Below the pieces are notes generated by a model that saw nothing but the letters and a program-made list of their open reading frames with translations, made no database searches and had not been told where the DNA came from. From positions 1-42,870 of the forward strand of contig DVOP01000025.1 of NCBI GenBank assembly GCA_018713465.1: 42,870 nucleotides of DNA. The letters run 5' to 3'. Every line of letters begins with the position of its first letter. Positions within the stretch are counted from its first letter, which is position 1. Shown here piece by piece: positions 1 to 13,126 of the stretch. Origin of the DNA: Candidatus Alectryocaccobium stercorigallinarum (GTDB lineage Bacteria; Bacillota; Clostridia; Lachnospirales; Lachnospiraceae). Both the position numbers and the translations under genes were made by a program.

Positions 1-1
1 A

Positions 2-367
2 CCGCTTTCAAACATACTTTACGGAAAGGACATATATTACACTACGGAGGAATACAGGCTGCAGCTGCTCAATTTGATATATTTTCTGGAAAATTACCCG
101 TCGTTTAATTTTCTGCTTATGGACAGCCTGCCGTTTCCGGATATAGAAATATATGTTTCGATGAATTCGGACGCATTCATCATACAGTGCAGCCTTCAAT
201 CCGCGCTGAAGATAGAGGAAGATTCAATGAGATCGGCGTTCTATCACTACATAACCAATATCAAAAACATAAACACCGCTATAACAAGACAGGAAACAAT
301 AGAAAAGCTCCGCAAGGTAGCGGACGAACTTAAGCAAAGCGAGGTAAAAAATGACACTGATATCTAA
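2..367 (+). CDS. hypothetical protein, 3' fragment (the gene starts upstream of the window)
   Basis: Frame 2 is open from base 2, through the listed Met at 74, to TAA at 365-367. The stop overlaps the next gene start by 17 nt. No recognisable family motif. Confidence 0.35.
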   Translation, partial: PLSNILYGKDIYYTTEEYRLQLLNLIYFLENYPSFNFLLMDSLPFPDIEIYVSMNSDAFIIQCSLQSALKIEEDSMRSAFYHYITNIKNINTAITRQETIEKLRKVADELKQSEVKNDTDI

Positions 368-1466
368 GAAAAACCGTTTTAAGATAGATTCCTTTAAATT
401 CGAATACGGCAAAGCTCTTCCTGTACAGACCGGATATGAAACATTCGGGACACTTAATGAAAATAAGGACAACGCCGTACTGATAGTCCACTTCTTTTCA
501 GCTTCAAGCCACTGCGCCGGAAAATACAGCGAATCCGACGAGCTCCCGGGCTTCTGGGACGGACTTATAGGACCGGGCAAGGCTATCGATACGGATAAAT
601 ACTTTGTCATATGCTGCGACAACCTGTGCAATGTCGGATTTAATAATCCTGGCGTTATTACAACCGGACCGGCTTCGATAAACCCCGAAACCGGAAAAGA
701 ATACGCCCTTAGCTTTCCCGTTCCGACCGTGCTCGACGTCGTAAATATGCAGAAGCAGCTTCTTGAAAGCCTCGGCATAACTCATGTTCACGCCATAGCG
801 GGTCCGTCGTTCGGAGGAATGACCTCATACCAGTGGGCAATCGCATATCCCGATTTCATGGATATGATAATTCCCGTCATCAGCACTCCGGTACTTCCGG
901 TGCTCGGAGCATTCGCCCCGCTTCAGCACTGCATACGCGCGGCGCAGCTGGATCCTAAATGGAATAACGGAAATTATTATGACAAGGCTGAAAAGCCCGA
1001 CGAATGCCTTCACCTCTGCCTGCAGATGATGAATGTTGCGGCGTTTTACCCGTATTTCTACGAGGAGACATACAAAAGAAGTGTAAACGACACGGACTGC
1101 TATTACGACATAACAAAGATGGCTTCGTTCGAAAAGGCCTTATATGACGCCGTAGCGGTAAGCGTTCCCAACGTGGATTTGAATCACTGGCTTTACACCT
1201 GCAAGATGTGCATGAATTTCGATGTGACACAGCCGTACGGCGGCGATATCGACAAGACCTTCAGCCGTATCAAGACGAAGGTCCTCGCTATACCGTGTGT
1301 TCAGGATTCACTGCACCCGGCGTGCCTCGTCGAGCCTTATATAAAGAGAATGCAGGAGCTCGGCGTAGACGCGCAGTGCTATACGATAAACAGTATGCTC
1401 GGGCATATGGGAGGAATACTGGAGACGCATTTGTTCGCGGATAAGGTCAGAGAATTTATAGGGTGA
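351..1466 (+). CDS. metX: homoserine O-acyltransferase, MetX family (alpha/beta hydrolase)
   Basis: 371 aa. The N-terminal pattern ([29 protein letters not shown]) and the nucleophile elbow GPSFGG are typical of the MetX family. GAGG lies 6 nt upstream of the ATG. Confidence 0.75.
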   Translation: MTLISKKNRFKIDSFKFEYGKALPVQTGYETFGTLNENKDNAVLIVHFFSASSHCAGKYSESDELPGFWDGLIGPGKAIDTDKYFVICCDNLCNVGFNNPGVITTGPASINPETGKEYALSFPVPTVLDVVNMQKQLLESLGITHVHAIAGPSFGGMTSYQWAIAYPDFMDMIIPVISTPVLPVLGAFAPLQHCIRAAQLDPKWNNGNYYDKAEKPDECLHLCLQMMNVAAFYPYFYEETYKRSVNDTDCYYDITKMASFEKALYDAVAVSVPNVDLNHWLYTCKMCMNFDVTQPYGGDIDKTFSRIKTKVLAIPCVQDSLHPACLVEPYIKRMQELGVDAQCYTINSMLGHMGGILETHLFADKVREFIG

Positions 1467-1677
1467 AATTTATGTAATCCGCAAAATTATTTCTCTCTTA
1501 GCAGTCGTCCGCCTCAGCCATAACCGCCCGATGCGCTCACATATATCCATTTCGCCGTCGGGCATGTCTTCGGCCTCCTTTGTGCAATAAGTTCGAAATA
1601 AATTTTGCGGCTTTAAATTTCTTCGTAACTACGAGCTCCTATCACAGCACAAGGCGAAAATATATAATTTTATGTAA

Positions 1678-1688
1678 TACTACTTTAA
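1678..1688 (+). repeat. upstream copy of the 11-nt direct repeat TACTACTTTAA (second copy at 1729-1739)
   Basis: Exact 11-mer repeated 51 nt apart in the AT-rich region upstream of the 1779 gene. Confidence 0.5.
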
Positions 1689-1721
1689 AGCGGTAATGTT
1701 TGTGTTAATCATTGACATTAC

Positions 1722-1750
1722 TACTTTAACGTAGTATTATTTTTATATAG
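1722..1750 (+). promoter_or_regulatory. sigma-A type promoter, TTGACA-17 nt-TATTAT
   Basis: TTGACA at 1722-1727, a 17-nt spacer, TATTAT at 1745-1750. It sits about 29 nt upstream of the ATG at 1779, with AGGAGG at 1766-1771. Confidence 0.65.
1729..1746. promoter_or_regulatory. operator-like palindrome TACTAC-N6-GTAGTA overlapping the promoter spacer and -10 box
   Basis: Perfect 6+6 inverted repeat at 1729-1746. Its left half is the second copy of the 11-nt direct repeat. Confidence 0.4.
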
Positions 1751-1778
1751 ATAAACAGCTATGGCAGGAGGTGTTCGT

Positions 1779-2630
1779 ATGACCGATATAAATACATTGA
1801 ATATCGTTGGTGATAAAAAAGAAAAGAATACGGCGGTTTCTGACAACGTGGCAGAAGCTCTCTTCTCTCTGCTCGACGACAGCGGAAACGAAGTAATATT
1901 AGATGAGAACGGCCAGATACCCTCGCTTCAGATAAGCGGAGGCGGCCTTATCCCGCTTAAGGAATGGGCTGCGCGCAACGGCATATCTCCCGCTACTGCA
2001 AGACAAAAGGCAGGACGAGGAGCATTTTTGACCGCGAGAAAGGTCGGCAGAGACTGGATGATATCGGCCGCGGAGCCTAATCCCGACCACAGGATAAAGC
2101 TGCCCCAAAAAGAAAAGCTTTCCCCGAGCGACCCGGTGTATATGTACAAGCTTCTTAATTATCTCTACCGGCTCAACCTCGGAAATCTTCCTGATACTGT
2201 AAACGAAAACAAATCGCATATAAATTACTGTAAGCGTCTTTTTATGCAGATAAGAAATAATTTCAGCGGCAACACCCTTAAGCTGTTCGACCTCATATGC
2301 GATAAAATGGCCGTTCAGGAGGGCGCGGACGCGTATTATATCCCTCACGAGGAAATAATGTCCGTGCTTGACGACGAAGCATGGCATACCGAAAATAACG
2401 GCTCTTCATCAAACAGCGCCGTTACGATAGACTTTAAAGATTATCTGAACATATTGAAAAACACAGCGTCAGACATGCTCAGCCGCTGTGTAGAGCTTAA
2501 AGTCAACCACCAGACACAGACAGTGTTCATGCCGTGGTATCATTCCTTAAGCTGGGAGAACACACGCCAGGGAGGACTGTATTTTATACCGAATAATTTC
2601 TTTAAAATGATAATCCTCGAGCTGAACTAA
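1779..2630 (+). CDS. hypothetical DNA-binding protein: excisionase/MerR-like HTH plus a C-terminal domain of unknown function
   Basis: 283 aa counted from the ATG at 1779, which has AGGAGG 7 nt upstream. The ORF-track start at 1761 has no RBS. The segment LKEWAARNGISPATARQKAGRGAFLTARKVGRDWMI looks like an HTH_17/excisionase motif. The rest has no motif I recognise. Confidence 0.6.
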   Translation: MTDINTLNIVGDKKEKNTAVSDNVAEALFSLLDDSGNEVILDENGQIPSLQISGGGLIPLKEWAARNGISPATARQKAGRGAFLTARKVGRDWMISAAEPNPDHRIKLPQKEKLSPSDPVYMYKLLNYLYRLNLGNLPDTVNENKSHINYCKRLFMQIRNNFSGNTLKLFDLICDKMAVQEGADAYYIPHEEIMSVLDDEAWHTENNGSSSNSAVTIDFKDYLNILKNTASDMLSRCVELKVNHQTQTVFMPWYHSLSWENTRQGGLYFIPNNFFKMIILELN

Positions 2631-2687
2631 CCTGCTCTGACATGAGCCCAAATATAACATCTTAAAAACTTATTACACACAATTTAC

Positions 2688-2720
2688 AAGACGGCGATAG
2701 ATTCGCCGTCTTGCTTCTTT
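2688..2720 (+). terminator. rho-independent terminator
   Basis: AAGACGGCGA (2688-2697), loop TAGAT, TCGCCGTCTT (2703-2712), then GCTTCTTTT. Confidence 0.75.
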
Positions 2721-2758
2721 TAACATATAAATAAAGTTTTCAGAACCGGGAGGACAAA

Positions 2759-2923
2759 ATGTATAAAACGATCGTTATAAAATACACCCCGCACACAAAG
2801 GAAATGGCTGCCAAAATCGAAGAAGCCGCAAACAAAATGGAGAAGTCAGGCTATGAGCTCGTCACATTTTCAATAACGCCGTCTGCAAAAGCGATACTTA
2901 TGTTCAAAAAAGCCGATGAATAA
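2759..2923 (+). CDS. small hypothetical protein, 54 aa (MYKTIVIKYTPHTKEMAAKIEEAANKMEKSGYELVTFSITPSAKAILMFKKADE)
   Basis: ATG at 2759 is preceded by GGGAGG (2749-2754). The frame is open to TAA at 2921-2923. It is below the 60-aa cutoff of the supplied ORF track. It looks like a small alpha/beta domain (DUF4177- or Cse60-like by eye only). Confidence 0.45.
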   Translation: MYKTIVIKYTPHTKEMAAKIEEAANKMEKSGYELVTFSITPSAKAILMFKKADE

Positions 2924-2935
2924 TTACCAAATAAA

Positions 2936-7561
<4,626 letters not shown>

Positions 7562-7593
7562 AAAATCTTCCTCCGAATGCGTTCAGACTGTTG

Positions 7594-9693
7594 TCAGTCT
7601 ACGCTGAATAAAATATCTCCGTATGTCGGAAACGGCCAGAAGCTCTTTGCCGTAAGCTTTTCAGCTTCATCACACGGTACCCTGAGCTCTCCCATAGCCG
7701 GAAGCACGGTATCGCGTATCATCTCCGATTCGTCGATTATATCCTTCGCGTCCGCCAGCTGCATGACCGCCCTCTTAAGGCAATCCGATCCCTTATAGAT
7801 CTTAAGCGCGAGCTCGGAAAGCTTCTTGACGAGAGTCTTCTCAAAATCGCAGGCGATATCAGCGTCGAGAGATTTTTTCACTGCCGCGGTCCTTGCGACA
7901 GCCTCCGAATATGATTCTACCGCCGGAAGTATCTGCGTTTTTGCCATATCCGCCATAGTATTTGCCTCTATGACTACCGTCTTGCAGTAGTTATCGAGCA
8001 TGATGTCACATCTCGATTTCAGCTCCGCTTCGGTAAATACCTTATGGCGTGTAAGCATTTCCATGTTCTTTTTATCAAGTAAATGCGGCATACAGTCCGC
8101 CGTAGTCCTGTAATTGCAAAGGCCTCTTAATTTCGCCTCTTCTATCCACGACTCGTCATATCCGTTTCCGTTGAATATGATACGCTTGTGATCCTTTATC
8201 GTCTTTTTGATCATGGCATGAAGCGCTGTTTCAAAATCCTCCGCTGCTTCAAGCCTGTCGGCGTATATCCTTAAGGATTCCGCAACGGCCGCATTTAACA
8301 TCATGTTCGCGCACGCGATACTGTTTGACGAGCCGAGCATTCTGAACTCGAACTTGTTGCCGGTAAAGGCGAACGGCGAAGTCCTGTTGCGGTCGGTATT
8401 GTCTCTTGTAAATCTCGGCAGGACGTCCACGCCTAATTTCATCTTTTTCTTTTCAACGCCGTGATATTCAGCGTCGTTTTCTATAGCGTCGAGTATCCCT
8501 TCAAGCTCATCGCCTAAAAATACCGATACGACAGCCGGCGGCGCTTCGTTCGCTCCGAGCCTGTGGTCATTTCCTGCTGTCGCGACCGAAAGCCTTAAAA
8601 GATCCTGATAGTCGTCGACCGCTTTGATGACCGCGCAAAGGAAAAGAAGGAACTGCGCGTTTTCATACGGAGTTTCGCCTGGCGAAAGCAGATTTACGCC
8701 GTCATCGGTAGAAATCGACCAGTTGTTGTGCTTTCCGCTTCCGTTCACTCCCGCAAACGGCTTTTCATGCAGCAGGCAGACAAGCCCGTGTCTGTTAGCC
8801 ACCTTCTGCATTATCTCCATAGTAAGCTGGTTATGGTCTGTAGCTATGTTTGTTGTAGTATATATAGGCGCGAGCTCATGCTGGGCCGGAGCCACCTCGT
8901 TGTGCTCGGTCTTTGCGTAAATACCTAATTTCCAGAGCTCCTCGTTCAGGTCTGCCATATAAGCCGCCACCCTCGGTTTTATGACTCCGAAATAATGGTC
9001 GTCCATCTCCTGTCCCTTAGGCGGCTTTGTTCCGAACAGCGTTCTGCCGGTAAATTTAAGATCCGGTCTTTTCTCATACATTTCCCTTGTTATAAGGAAA
9101 TATTCCTGCTCCGGACCTACCGAAGAGCTTACATGCTTTGAAGTCGTATTTCCGAACAGCCTTAATATCCTCAAAGCCTGTCTGTTGAGCGCTTCCATTG
9201 AACGCAGAAGCGGTGTTTTCTTGTCGAGCGCCTCGCCGCCGTATGAGCAGAACGCAGTCGGAATACACAATGTCTTTCCTTTTATAAACGCATATGACGT
9301 CGGATCCCACGCCGTATAGCCTCTCGCCTCAAATGTAGCGCGAAGTCCGCCGCTCGGGAACGAGGACGCGTCAGGCTCACCTTTTATAAGCTCCTTTCCG
9401 GAAAACTCCATGATAACTCCGCCGTCAGGCGCCGGAGTGATAAAGCTGTCGTGCTTTTCCGCGGTAATTCCGGTAAGCGGCTGGAACCAATGGGTATAGT
9501 GCGTAGCTCCTTTTCCGATAGCCCATTCCTTCATAGCCTCTGCGACAGCGTTTGCTACTCCTATATCCAGCTTCATACCCTCGTCAATGGTCTTTTTCAG
9601 AGAATTATATACTTCCGCAGGCAGAGTCGCTTTCATCTGTCTGTCGTCAAAAACCATGCTTCCGAAATAATCTTTTACAATAGTGTCAGCCAT
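7594..9693 (-). CDS. glnN: glutamine synthetase, type III
   Basis: 699 aa counted from the ATG at 9693 (GAGGAGGAATTATTATG). The size of about 700 aa and the N-terminal YFGSMVFDD...[12 protein letters not shown] are typical of GS-III. The 37-codon upstream extension in the ORF track covers the leader terminator, so I do not use it. Confidence 0.92.
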   Translation of the reverse strand: MADTIVKDYFGSMVFDDRQMKATLPAEVYNSLKKTIDEGMKLDIGVANAVAEAMKEWAIGKGATHYTHWFQPLTGITAEKHDSFITPAPDGGVIMEFSGKELIKGEPDASSFPSGGLRATFEARGYTAWDPTSYAFIKGKTLCIPTAFCSYGGEALDKKTPLLRSMEALNRQALRILRLFGNTTSKHVSSSVGPEQEYFLITREMYEKRPDLKFTGRTLFGTKPPKGQEMDDHYFGVIKPRVAAYMADLNEELWKLGIYAKTEHNEVAPAQHELAPIYTTTNIATDHNQLTMEIMQKVANRHGLVCLLHEKPFAGVNGSGKHNNWSISTDDGVNLLSPGETPYENAQFLLFLCAVIKAVDDYQDLLRLSVATAGNDHRLGANEAPPAVVSVFLGDELEGILDAIENDAEYHGVEKKKMKLGVDVLPRFTRDNTDRNRTSPFAFTGNKFEFRMLGSSNSIACANMMLNAAVAESLRIYADRLEAAEDFETALHAMIKKTIKDHKRIIFNGNGYDESWIEEAKLRGLCNYRTTADCMPHLLDKKNMEMLTRHKVFTEAELKSRCDIMLDNYCKTVVIEANTMADMAKTQILPAVESYSEAVARTAAVKKSLDADIACDFEKTLVKKLSELALKIYKGSDCLKRAVMQLADAKDIIDESEMIRDTVLPAMGELRVPCDEAEKLTAKSFWPFPTYGDILFSVD

Positions 9694-9763
9694 AATAATT
9701 CCTCCTCGAATATTTTCAGCTGTCCGCCGGAAAAGTCTGCTGTATATATTTTTTCCGGAAAAC

Positions 9764-9801
9764 AAAAAAAAGCGCCTCCGATGCCTTTGCATCGAAGACG
9801 C
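9764..9801 (-). terminator. intrinsic terminator inside the glnN 5' leader
   Basis: On the minus strand: GCGTCTTCGATGC-AAAG-GCATCGGAGGCGC, a 13-bp stem including 2 G-U pairs, followed by T8. Confidence 0.8.
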
Positions 9802-9810
9802 CATTGCCTT
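9795..9810 (-). promoter_or_regulatory. 5'-proximal hexaloop hairpin AAGGC-AAUGGC-GUCUU (candidate antiterminator / ANTAR target)
   Basis: 5-bp stem with a 6-nt loop carrying A at position 1 and G at position 4. The loop and 3' arm occupy the first 7 nt of the terminator 5' arm. The core GCAATGGCGT is shared with the two other leaders. Confidence 0.6.
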
Positions 9811-9821
9811 AACATGCTAAC

Positions 9822-9850
9822 TGTATACACCTATACTTGCATAATGTCAA
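9822..9850 (-). promoter_or_regulatory. sigma-A type promoter for glnN, TTGACA-17 nt-TATACA
   Basis: Minus-strand TTGACA at 9850-9845, a 17-nt spacer, TATACA at 9827-9822. The hairpin starts 11 nt downstream. Confidence 0.6.
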
Positions 9851-9944
9851 GCACATTTGTTTATAATTTTGATATTTTGCAATTTTGAACATTAAAAAAT
9901 TCATTTTGAATTTGATTTTAGTAATCTTTTCGAGTAATATGATA

Positions 9945-9973
9945 TTGACAAACAGCATATACAGGTATATAAC
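9945..9973 (+). promoter_or_regulatory. sigma-A type promoter for the glutamate synthase operon, TTGACA-17 nt-TATAAC
   Basis: TTGACA at 9945-9950, a 17-nt spacer, TATAAC at 9968-9973. It diverges from the glnN promoter, with 94 bp between the two -35 boxes. Confidence 0.65.
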
Positions 9974-9984
9974 TTTTGAGTAAA

Positions 9985-10000
9985 TGAGCAAAGGCGTTCA
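9985..10000 (+). promoter_or_regulatory. 5'-proximal hexaloop hairpin UGAGC-AAAGGC-GUUCA (candidate antiterminator / ANTAR target)
   Basis: 5-bp stem with hexaloop A1/G4, starting 11 nt after the -10 box. It overlaps the basal 11 nt of the terminator 5' arm. Core is GCAAAGGCGT. Confidence 0.6.
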
Positions 10001-10048
10001 TTTCAGCGCAGATAAAATCTGCATTGAAATGGGCGTCTTTTCTTTTTT
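9990..10048 (+). terminator. long intrinsic terminator inside the glutamate synthase operon leader
   Basis: Positions 9990-10013 pair with 10017-10040. That is 24 positions with 1 mismatch and a few G-U pairs, loop AAA, followed by TCTTTTTT. Confidence 0.8.
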
Positions 10049-10088
10049 AATATTCTACCCGGAAATTATTTTGAAAGGAATCATTATT

Positions 10089-11180
10089 ATGGTAAGAGAA
10101 GGCGATGTCCGCATTCCTTCAGGCTGTGCTATCGCAGCTGTGATATCACGCGAAGGAAAGCTTATGACCGGCGAAAAGATAACAGAAGCCATGAAACCCA
10201 TGCACGAACGCTCCAACGGACTTGGCGGCGGATTCGCAGGATACGGGATATATCCTGAATATAAAGATTTCTATGCGCTCCACGTCTTTTTCGACGATAA
10301 AACGAGCCGGAACAACTGCGAACAGTTTTTAAAAGATCATTTTGAAATAGTAAAGGCTGAGATAATCCCCACGCGCACTATTCCGGCGATAACGAACGAG
10401 CCTCTTATATACAGATTTTTCCTTAATCCGTTAAAAAGCGTGCTGGCGTCGCTCCAGCTTGATGAAAACGAATATGTCGCCCGCGCGGTCATGCGCATAA
10501 ACACTTCCATAACAGGTGCGTATGTATTTTCAAGCGGCAAGAACATGGGCGCGTTCAAGGCGGTCGGATATCCCGAGGACGTAGGCGTGTTCTACAAGCT
10601 TGACCAGTACGAGGGCTACAGCTGGACTGCCCACGGCAGATATCCTACAAACACTCCCGGCTGGTGGGGAGGCGCCCATCCGTTTACACTGCTCGACTAT
10701 TCTGTGGTGCACAACGGCGAGATATCCTCATACGACGCCAACCGCCGTTTTATAGAAATGTTCGGATATAAGTGCACGCTTCAGACGGATACAGAAGTTA
10801 TTACCTATATAATGGACTATCTGATAAGAAAACAGAAGCTTACGCTTAAGGAAGCCGCATCAGTAATTGCCGCGCCTTTCTGGAGCACGATAGAGAACAA
10901 ACCCGAAGATGAGAAGCGCATACTCAAATATTTAAGGACCGTATATTCAAGCCTTCTTATCACCGGCCCGTTTTCCATCGTATTCGGTTTCACCGGAGGC
11001 CTTATGGCGATAAACGACAGGCTTAAACTTAGAAGCATGGTGACCGGTGAAAAGGACGACAAGGTATTTATCGCAAGCGAGGAGGCCGCGATAAGGATCA
11101 TGGAGCCGTACGCCGAGAACATCTGCTACCCCGCAGGCGGCGAACCGGTAATAGTCAGAGTAAAGGACGGTGCATATTAA
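10089..11180 (+). CDS. glutamate synthase subunit, class-II (Ntn) glutamine amidotransferase domain (GltB domain 1-like)
   Basis: 363 aa counted from the ATG at 10089 (AAAGGAA 8 nt upstream). A 12-residue propeptide precedes Cys (IPSGC/AIAAV), and the VVHNGEI motif is present. The in-frame ATG at 9984 lies inside the leader hairpin, so I do not use it. Confidence 0.8.
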   Translation: MVREGDVRIPSGCAIAAVISREGKLMTGEKITEAMKPMHERSNGLGGGFAGYGIYPEYKDFYALHVFFDDKTSRNNCEQFLKDHFEIVKAEIIPTRTIPAITNEPLIYRFFLNPLKSVLASLQLDENEYVARAVMRINTSITGAYVFSSGKNMGAFKAVGYPEDVGVFYKLDQYEGYSWTAHGRYPTNTPGWWGGAHPFTLLDYSVVHNGEISSYDANRRFIEMFGYKCTLQTDTEVITYIMDYLIRKQKLTLKEAASVIAAPFWSTIENKPEDEKRILKYLRTVYSSLLITGPFSIVFGFTGGLMAINDRLKLRSMVTGEKDDKVFIASEEAAIRIMEPYAENICYPAGGEPVIVRVKDGAY

Positions 11181-12688
11181 TGAGCGGAATCAATTACATA
11201 TATCCCGAATTCGAAGTTGTCAGGAACGACAGCCGCTGCATAAGGTGCAGGGTGTGCGAACGGCAGTGCGCGAACGAGGTGCATTTTTATAATAAGGAAA
11301 ATAATATAATGCTCAGCGACGAAGCAAACTGCGTAAACTGCCAGAGATGTGTTTCGCTCTGCCCGACACGCGCTCTTAAAATAGTAAAAAGCGACTGCCG
11401 CTTAAGGGAAAACGCGAACTGGGACAACGATACAATAAAAGAAATATACAAACAGGCTGAAAGCGGCGGCGTCCTGCTGTCTTCAATGGGAAACCCGAAG
11501 CCTTTTCCGGTTTACTGGGATAAGATACTTATAAACGCCTCCCAGGTCACAAACCCATCTATCGACCCGTTAAGGGAGCCGATGGAAACAAAGGTATTCC
11601 TTGGGAAAAAGCCGTCCAACATAGAAAGGAACAAGGACGGAAGCATTAAAACGGCTATAAGCCCCCAGCTTGAGCTTTCAATGCCCGTCATGTTCTCGGC
11701 GATGAGCTACGGCTCGATAAGCTACAATGCGCATGCTAGCCTTGCAAGAGCCGCTACCGAGCTTGGTATCTACTATAATACCGGCGAGGGCGGTCTTCAT
11801 GAAGATTTTTATGTGTATGGGCCGAATACGATAGTCCAGGTAGCGTCAGGCAGATTCGGCGTACACCAGAATTATTTAGAGACCGGCGCGGCGATAGAGA
11901 TAAAGATGGGCCAGGGAGCAAAGCCCGGCATAGGCGGCCATTTGCCCGGTGCAAAGATAGTCGGAGACGTTTCAAAAACAAGAATGGTGCCCGAGGGCGC
12001 AGACGCGATCTCTCCCGCCCCTCACCACGATATATATTCTATCGAAGACTTAAGGCAGCTTGTTTTATCCTTAAAAGAAGCGACAAATTATAAAAAGCCT
12101 GTAATAGTAAAAGTCGCCGCGGTACACAATATAACCGCCATAGCAAGCGGTATCGCAAGGAGCGGCGCGGATATCATCGCGATCGACGGCTTCAGGGGCG
12201 GCACAGGCGCGGCTCCTACAAGGATAAGGGACAACGTGGGGATCCCTATCGAGCTTGCACTCGCAAGTGTGGATAAACGTTTAAGAGACGAAGGAATACG
12301 AAATAACGTGTCTCTTGTCGTCGGAGGAAGCATACGCAGCGCGTCAGACGTAGTAAAAGCCGTAGCTCTCGGCGCGGACGCATGTTATATAGCGACATCG
12401 GCCCTTTTAGCTCTTGGCTGCCACCTGTGCAGAACGTGCCAGAGCGGAAAATGCAACTGGGGTATCGCCACACAGCGTGCGGACCTCGTCAAAAGGCTGA
12501 ATCCCGATACAGGCAGCCGGCGGCTCGTAAACCTGCTTACGGCATGGAACCATGAGATAAAAGAGCTCATGGGCGGCATGGGAATAAATTCAATAGAAAC
12601 TCTGCGCGGAAACAGACTGATGCTGCGCGGCATAGGATTAAATGAAAAGGAGCTTGAGATATTGGGTATCTCACACGCGGGAGAATGA
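11180..12688 (+). CDS. glutamate synthase subunit, FMN/Fe-S central domain (GltB domain 2-like) with an N-terminal 2x[4Fe-4S] ferredoxin module
   Basis: 502 aa. CxxCxxCxxxC appears twice near the N-terminus. The segments KMGQGAKPGIGGHLPG, SPAPHHDIYSIEDL and IDGFRGGTGAAP are typical of the GOGAT synthase domain. TAATG overlap with the upstream gene. Confidence 0.88.
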   Translation: MSGINYIYPEFEVVRNDSRCIRCRVCERQCANEVHFYNKENNIMLSDEANCVNCQRCVSLCPTRALKIVKSDCRLRENANWDNDTIKEIYKQAESGGVLLSSMGNPKPFPVYWDKILINASQVTNPSIDPLREPMETKVFLGKKPSNIERNKDGSIKTAISPQLELSMPVMFSAMSYGSISYNAHASLARAATELGIYYNTGEGGLHEDFYVYGPNTIVQVASGRFGVHQNYLETGAAIEIKMGQGAKPGIGGHLPGAKIVGDVSKTRMVPEGADAISPAPHHDIYSIEDLRQLVLSLKEATNYKKPVIVKVAAVHNITAIASGIARSGADIIAIDGFRGGTGAAPTRIRDNVGIPIELALASVDKRLRDEGIRNNVSLVVGGSIRSASDVVKAVALGADACYIATSALLALGCHLCRTCQSGKCNWGIATQRADLVKRLNPDTGSRRLVNLLTAWNHEIKELMGGMGINSIETLRGNRLMLRGIGLNEKELEILGISHAGE

Positions 12689-13122
12689 AAAGAGTATATG
12701 CAGATGAAAAATGGTGTCTCGGATGCCATCTATGTGAATATAATTGCGCTTTTGCCAATTCAAACCAGAAATATATGGCTATTGCTCTTAAAGATAAAAC
12801 CATATACCCTAAAATACACGTCGAAGAGGCAGGAGGAAAGAGCAGCATAACCTACGCTCTGTCATGCCGTCATTGCAGCGACCCGATATGCGTAAAAAGC
12901 TGCATATCCGGAGCGCTTTCCAAAAACGACGGCGTTGTTCAGATAGACCAGGACAAATGCATAAAATGCTTTACTTGTATGCTCGTCTGTCCGTACGGCG
13001 CGATCAGCAAAGGCGAAAACCAGGTTGTACAGAAATGCGAGCTCTGCCTGTCAAATACATGCGGTTCTCCCGCATGTGTATCAGGCTGTCCTAACAACGC
13101 TCTGATATACGAGGAAAGGTAA
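12685..13122 (+). CDS. 4Fe-4S dicluster ferredoxin-like protein
   Basis: 145 aa with several Cys clusters (CLGCHLCEYNC, CRHCSDPICVKSC, CIKCFTCMLVCP, CELC...CVSGCP). ATGA overlap with the upstream gene. Confidence 0.85.
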   Translation: MKRVYADEKWCLGCHLCEYNCAFANSNQKYMAIALKDKTIYPKIHVEEAGGKSSITYALSCRHCSDPICVKSCISGALSKNDGVVQIDQDKCIKCFTCMLVCPYGAISKGENQVVQKCELCLSNTCGSPACVSGCPNNALIYEER

Positions 13123-13126
13123 AAAA

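Noticed and set aside
224-778. Long ORFs antisense to well-supported genes: 224-778(-), 7037-7798(+), 18919-19611(+), 20303-21157(+), 22954-23685(+), 31253-31840(-), 36382-36933(+), 38955-39647(+) and similar entries in the ORF track.
   Set aside because: Each lies entirely inside, and opposite to, a gene with unmistakable family motifs (metX, asnB/glnN, carB, amt, mutS2, polC). Their products are low-complexity (Ser/Pro/Arg/Ile-rich), and none has an RBS or promoter. These are typical shadow ORFs.
1470-1565. A 31-codon minus-strand ORF (MPDGEMDICERIGRLWLRRTTAKREIILRIT) with a strong AAAGGAGG 8 nt upstream, divergent from the orphan HTH gene. It could be a remnant of an XRE-type repressor.
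   Set aside because: It is too short and has no recognisable motif, and its resemblance to the start of an HTH protein is impressionistic. I cannot distinguish a decayed gene, a real micropeptide and chance without comparative data.
7585-7600. Hairpin AGACTG-N4-CAGTCT overlapping the glnN stop codon, considered as a terminator between glnN and asnB.
   Set aside because: It has only 6 bp and no U-tract follows on the minus strand (GAACGCATTCGG). It runs directly into the asnB RBS, which fits co-transcription better.
9751-9762. 12-nt perfect palindrome TTTTCCGGAAAA immediately downstream of the glnN leader terminator U-tract, with a partial second copy (TTTTCCGG, minus strand) near 9727-9734.
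   Set aside because: It may simply be the A/U-rich flank of the terminator. There is no counterpart in the other two leaders, so I have no basis to call it a binding site.
9694-9804. Upstream-extended start codons in the ORF track: glnN at 9804, the GATase gene at 9984, carA at 22346, amt at 24230, the DUF368 gene at 24280, the 25255 gene at 26031, the HTH gene at 1761, and polC TTG at 40325.
   Set aside because: The extensions lack Shine-Dalgarno sequences, encode non-conserved junk, and in three cases run through the leader terminator or hairpin or through promoter elements. In each case a downstream start with a good RBS matches the conserved N-terminus of the family.
9882-9910. Direct repeat ATTTTGAA (9882-9889 and 9903-9910, 21 nt apart) in the 94-bp spacer between the divergent glnN and GOGAT promoters. 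I also searched this spacer for a TnrA/GlnR box (TGTNA-N7-TNACA).
   Set aside because: The spacer is extremely AT-rich, so short A/T repeats are expected by chance. No sequence fits the TnrA/GlnR box; TGTCAAGCACATTTGTT fails in the second half-site.
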